Virus record (IMG/VR): IMGVR_UViG_3300042691_048340
Reading direction: 5' to 3' (one strand)
Origin: an uncultured virus (IMG/VR IMGVR_UViG_3300042691_048340)
Taxonomy: Duplodnaviria > Heunggongvirae > Uroviricota > Caudoviricetes
DNA length: 20,000 nucleotides
The notes below the pieces were generated by a model that was given only the letters and a program-made list of their open reading frames with translations, searched no databases and was not told the DNA's origin. Shown here in pieces: positions 18,173-20,000 of the stretch; the stretch's first letter is position 1, and each line of letters starts with the position of its first letter. The position numbers and the translations under genes are program-made.

Positions 18173-18384
18173 CCCCACATCCTATATATCCTCTACGCAC
18201 CGGGAAAGCTTCGTATCTAAAGGTTAGAGTAGGGTGTGTAGGGTGTGTATATACTATACTAGTATATATACTATATATGATATGATATATATAGCGAGTA
18301 AACTACCAAGACTACCTACCACACCCTCCACAACCTAGATATGGGGCGGGTTTCCCAGTGTAGTTGGGGGGTGGGGATGTAGGG
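18173..18384. repeat. Long imperfect inverted repeat with an AT-rich palindromic core (candidate replication origin)
   Basis: Arm pairs: ccccacatcc (18173) / ggatgtaggg (18375); gggaaa (18202) / tttccc (18351); tatcta (18214) / tagata (18336); agggtgtg (18231) / cacaccct (18320). All are centred at ~18278-18279. The core 18247-18294 is mostly TA with overlapping palindromes. Confidence 0.7.
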
Positions 18385-18447
18385 TAGGCAAAACATCAAC
18401 AAGTTTTAGTCCAAGAACGCTAAGCAACTTGACTAAGTGTGCCACTG

Positions 18448-18473
18448 AACTACTGTCAAAGTTGTCAGTAGTT
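18448..18473. promoter_or_regulatory. Near-perfect 26-bp palindrome (protein-binding site or terminator hairpin)
   Basis: aactactg-t-caa-ag-ttg-t-cagtagtt, lying between the convergent TMP and ruvA 3' ends. Confidence 0.4.
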
Positions 18474-18586
18474 TTAGAGATAAACTTGCCAGTGCCAACC
18501 CAGTCCTTAGTTAAGATATTGACTTTGAAGCCATGTCAGTGCCGCCACTTCAGTGGCCTTCCTTAAGTAAGACCGAGTCAGTTGCC

Positions 18587-18994
18587 TTAAGTGCCTAGTT
18601 CCTTACTTAGTTCCGTTAAGATTCGCTCTGCTATTTTTTTACCTATACCCGGGATGGCAGTGAGGCGACTAACATCCTTCGTCTGAGTCGCTTGCGTGAA
18701 AGTCGTCAATTCCATCGCTGAGAGGATACTCAGGGCTAACTTAGGCCCCACCCCACTGACGCGAATAAGGCTGCGAAATAGTTGACGTTCCGCTTCACAA
18801 GTAAAGCCATATAGAAATAGTGAGTCGTCTCTTGTACTAACATGCACATAAAGATGAACTACTTCGTTTAAAGGAGGTAGTTGTTTGAAAGTTGATAGGG
18901 GTGCTTGGATATAGTAACCAACTCCTCCATTGACTTCGATGACTAAAAACGGTGGTTGCTTGTTGGTAAGTAAGCCGCGCAAGTGGTTAAACAT
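18587..18994 (-). CDS. ruvA: Holliday junction DNA-binding protein RuvA, C-terminally truncated (domains I and II only)
   Basis: OB-fold domain I: MFNHLRG...LVIEVNGGVGY...LYVHVSTRDDSLFLYGF. HhH domain II: ERQLFRSLIRVSGVGPKLALSILS and LTAIPGIGKKIAERILTEL. It stops at 135 aa, whereas RuvA is typically about 200 aa. Confidence 0.92.
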   Translation of the reverse strand: MFNHLRGLLTNKQPPFLVIEVNGGVGYYIQAPLSTFKQLPPLNEVVHLYVHVSTRDDSLFLYGFTCEAERQLFRSLIRVSGVGPKLALSILSAMELTTFTQATQTKDVSRLTAIPGIGKKIAERILTELSKELGT

Positions 18995-19079
18995 AGGAAA
19001 GTCCGTAGTAGTAAGGCTATTGAGTTTTTGGTATACTAGTGAGGTTCTGGAGGTAGTTTGGTTGTGTGGTTTAGCCTTT

Positions 19080-19112
19080 AGCTTATAGTACTAACATGCT
19101 ATAAGCTTTTTT
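19080..19112 (+). terminator. Hairpin followed by a T-tract (intrinsic terminator-like, + strand)
   Basis: agcttatagta-ctaaca-tgctataagct followed by ttttt. Confidence 0.35.
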
Positions 19113-19216
19113 ATATAGCGGCCGCTGTTTATCCCCCTTAAATGGCTCTATTTTGCCATACACTGGGTTTTCTCTTAGAGGGTGCGATTCTACCCATTGG
19201 TTAAGTCTTTTCCATT

Positions 19217-19225
19217 ATTATAGCA
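19217..19225 (-). promoter_or_regulatory. Extended -10 promoter (TGcTATAAT), probably for ruvA
   Basis: The + strand attatagca reads TG-C-TATAAT on the minus strand, just past the Type ISP stop codon and about 220 nt upstream of the ruvA start. Confidence 0.45.
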
Positions 19226-19233
19226 GCGGCATT

Positions 19234-19998
19234 TTAGACTACTAAGGAAGTAGTACTAGCATGTATCTCACCTACAATCCTCACCGTCTCCAAACTCACG
19301 GTAATGATCTGCCCAATCAAACGCAAAATGTACTGCTCATCGTCCTGGCGATTGGGGTCGTTGACGATGCCGCTTTTTTTGTCGGTTTTCACTTGGTACT
19401 GGTCTATCACCCACTCCAGTGCCGAACGATTGCCTAAACGATATTGAAAAATTTCTGGAGGAATGCCTTTTAAAGTAAGCGTCTCATTATAGACCATCGC
19501 GTCTTTCTCTTTAGTCAAGCGCATCTTTTCGACCAGATAAGACGGGCGCGCATCAGGCTTAAAGATTTTTTGGAGTGGATATTCAGGCTGTTTTTCATAG
19601 TGGATATGAAGTTCAGCCAGCCGTTCGCCAGCTTTGGAGAAAGCCCAAAAATCAGGAGCCAAGGGAATTCTGGGCAATTCTCGCTTGAGGTTAGCGGCGT
19701 ATTTCTCGCGGTAGTGGGGATGGTGAAGCAGAGCATAAACGTAGTAAAAAATCGCCCATTTGGTAATCGTGTTATCTTGGTAATGACGCTGGAAATGTTT
19801 GAGTGTCCAATTCGTGAGGTTCTCGTGGCGGTGGGTGCCGTCTTCGGAGTAGGTGTAGAAGGGGAAGCATTGTACTGGTGCAACAACTAAGCTTGAATTA
19901 GGTATGCAATTAGATACCATCACCATAAAAGGAATTCTTGAACCGATGCCCTCAACACAAATCACCCGATTCTCGTTTTCAGTGGCGGGGGTGGGGAA
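19234..19998 (-). CDS. Type ISP restriction-modification enzyme (LlaGI/LlaBIII-like), C-terminal target-recognition region; 5'-partial
   Basis: The frame stays open to the window edge (FPTPATENENRVICV...). Motifs QCFPFYTY, ENLTNWTL..FQ..Y, ITKWAIFYYVYALLHHP.YR.KYAANLKRELPRIP, GERLAELHI.YE, IPPE...YRLGNRSALEWVIDQY, KTDK.SGIVNDPN and VSLETVRIV are characteristic of the Type ISP C-terminus. Confidence 0.9.
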   Translation of the reverse strand, partial: FPTPATENENRVICVEGIGSRIPFMVMVSNCIPNSSLVVAPVQCFPFYTYSEDGTHRHENLTNWTLKHFQRHYQDNTITKWAIFYYVYALLHHPHYREKYAANLKRELPRIPLAPDFWAFSKAGERLAELHIHYEKQPEYPLQKIFKPDARPSYLVEKMRLTKEKDAMVYNETLTLKGIPPEIFQYRLGNRSALEWVIDQYQVKTDKKSGIVNDPNRQDDEQYILRLIGQIITVSLETVRIVGEIHASTTSLVV

Positions 19999-20000
19999 GA

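Noticed and set aside
1767..18180. Many minus-strand and alternate-frame ORFs (60-222 aa) overlapping the TMP
   Set aside because: They are shadows of a long coding frame: Ser/Leu/Phe-rich mirror translations with no recognisable motifs.
18247..18294. Protelomerase (telRL-type) target site
   Set aside because: The perfect palindromes here are only 8-14 bp, shorter than the long near-perfect palindromes of N15-like tel sites, and no protelomerase gene is in the window.
18082..18586. CRISPR array, tRNA or IS/MITE in the intergenic region
   Set aside because: There are no regularly spaced identical repeats, no cloverleaf or T-loop motif, no transposase, and no clean terminal inverted repeats with a target-site duplication.
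1..18600. Stop-codon reassignment suggested by the abundance of TAG trinucleotides
   Set aside because: The 5389-codon ORF and the helicase are intact under the standard code and the TMP ends at TAG, so the TAG words are out of frame.
19515..19890. ORFs 19515-19886 (-) and 19570-19890 (+)
   Set aside because: Both lie entirely inside the well-supported Type ISP frame and have no motifs of their own.
19963..19965. GTG start assigned to the Type ISP ORF by the ORF track
   Set aside because: The frame continues upstream to the window edge with family-like sequence (FPTP..ENRVICV), so the gene is 5'-partial.

Overview
This window looks like part of a phage, prophage or phage-plasmid-type element. 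It is dominated by one 16.2-kb ORF (1912-18081, 5389 aa), a giant tail tape measure protein (TMP). The TMP has an N-terminal TP901-type core, hydrophobic and Gly-rich segments, and an internal cassette of two predicted peptidoglycan hydrolases (SLT/lysozyme-like, then NlpC/P60-like). It also carries a tandem array of about 96-aa helical repeats and a typical TMP C-terminal motif. Unusually, it stands alone, with no tail chaperone, tail tube or baseplate genes beside it and with its own predicted promoter. On the left is a divergent operon encoding a small hypothetical protein and a PIF1-like SF1B helicase. On the right are a ~210-bp imperfect inverted repeat with an AT-rich palindromic core (origin-like), a RuvA lacking its RuvB-binding domain III, and the 3' end of a Type ISP restriction-modification gene that runs off the window. 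The last two genes differ in oligonucleotide composition from the rest and look recently acquired. All family calls come from motif recognition by eye; no database searches were run.
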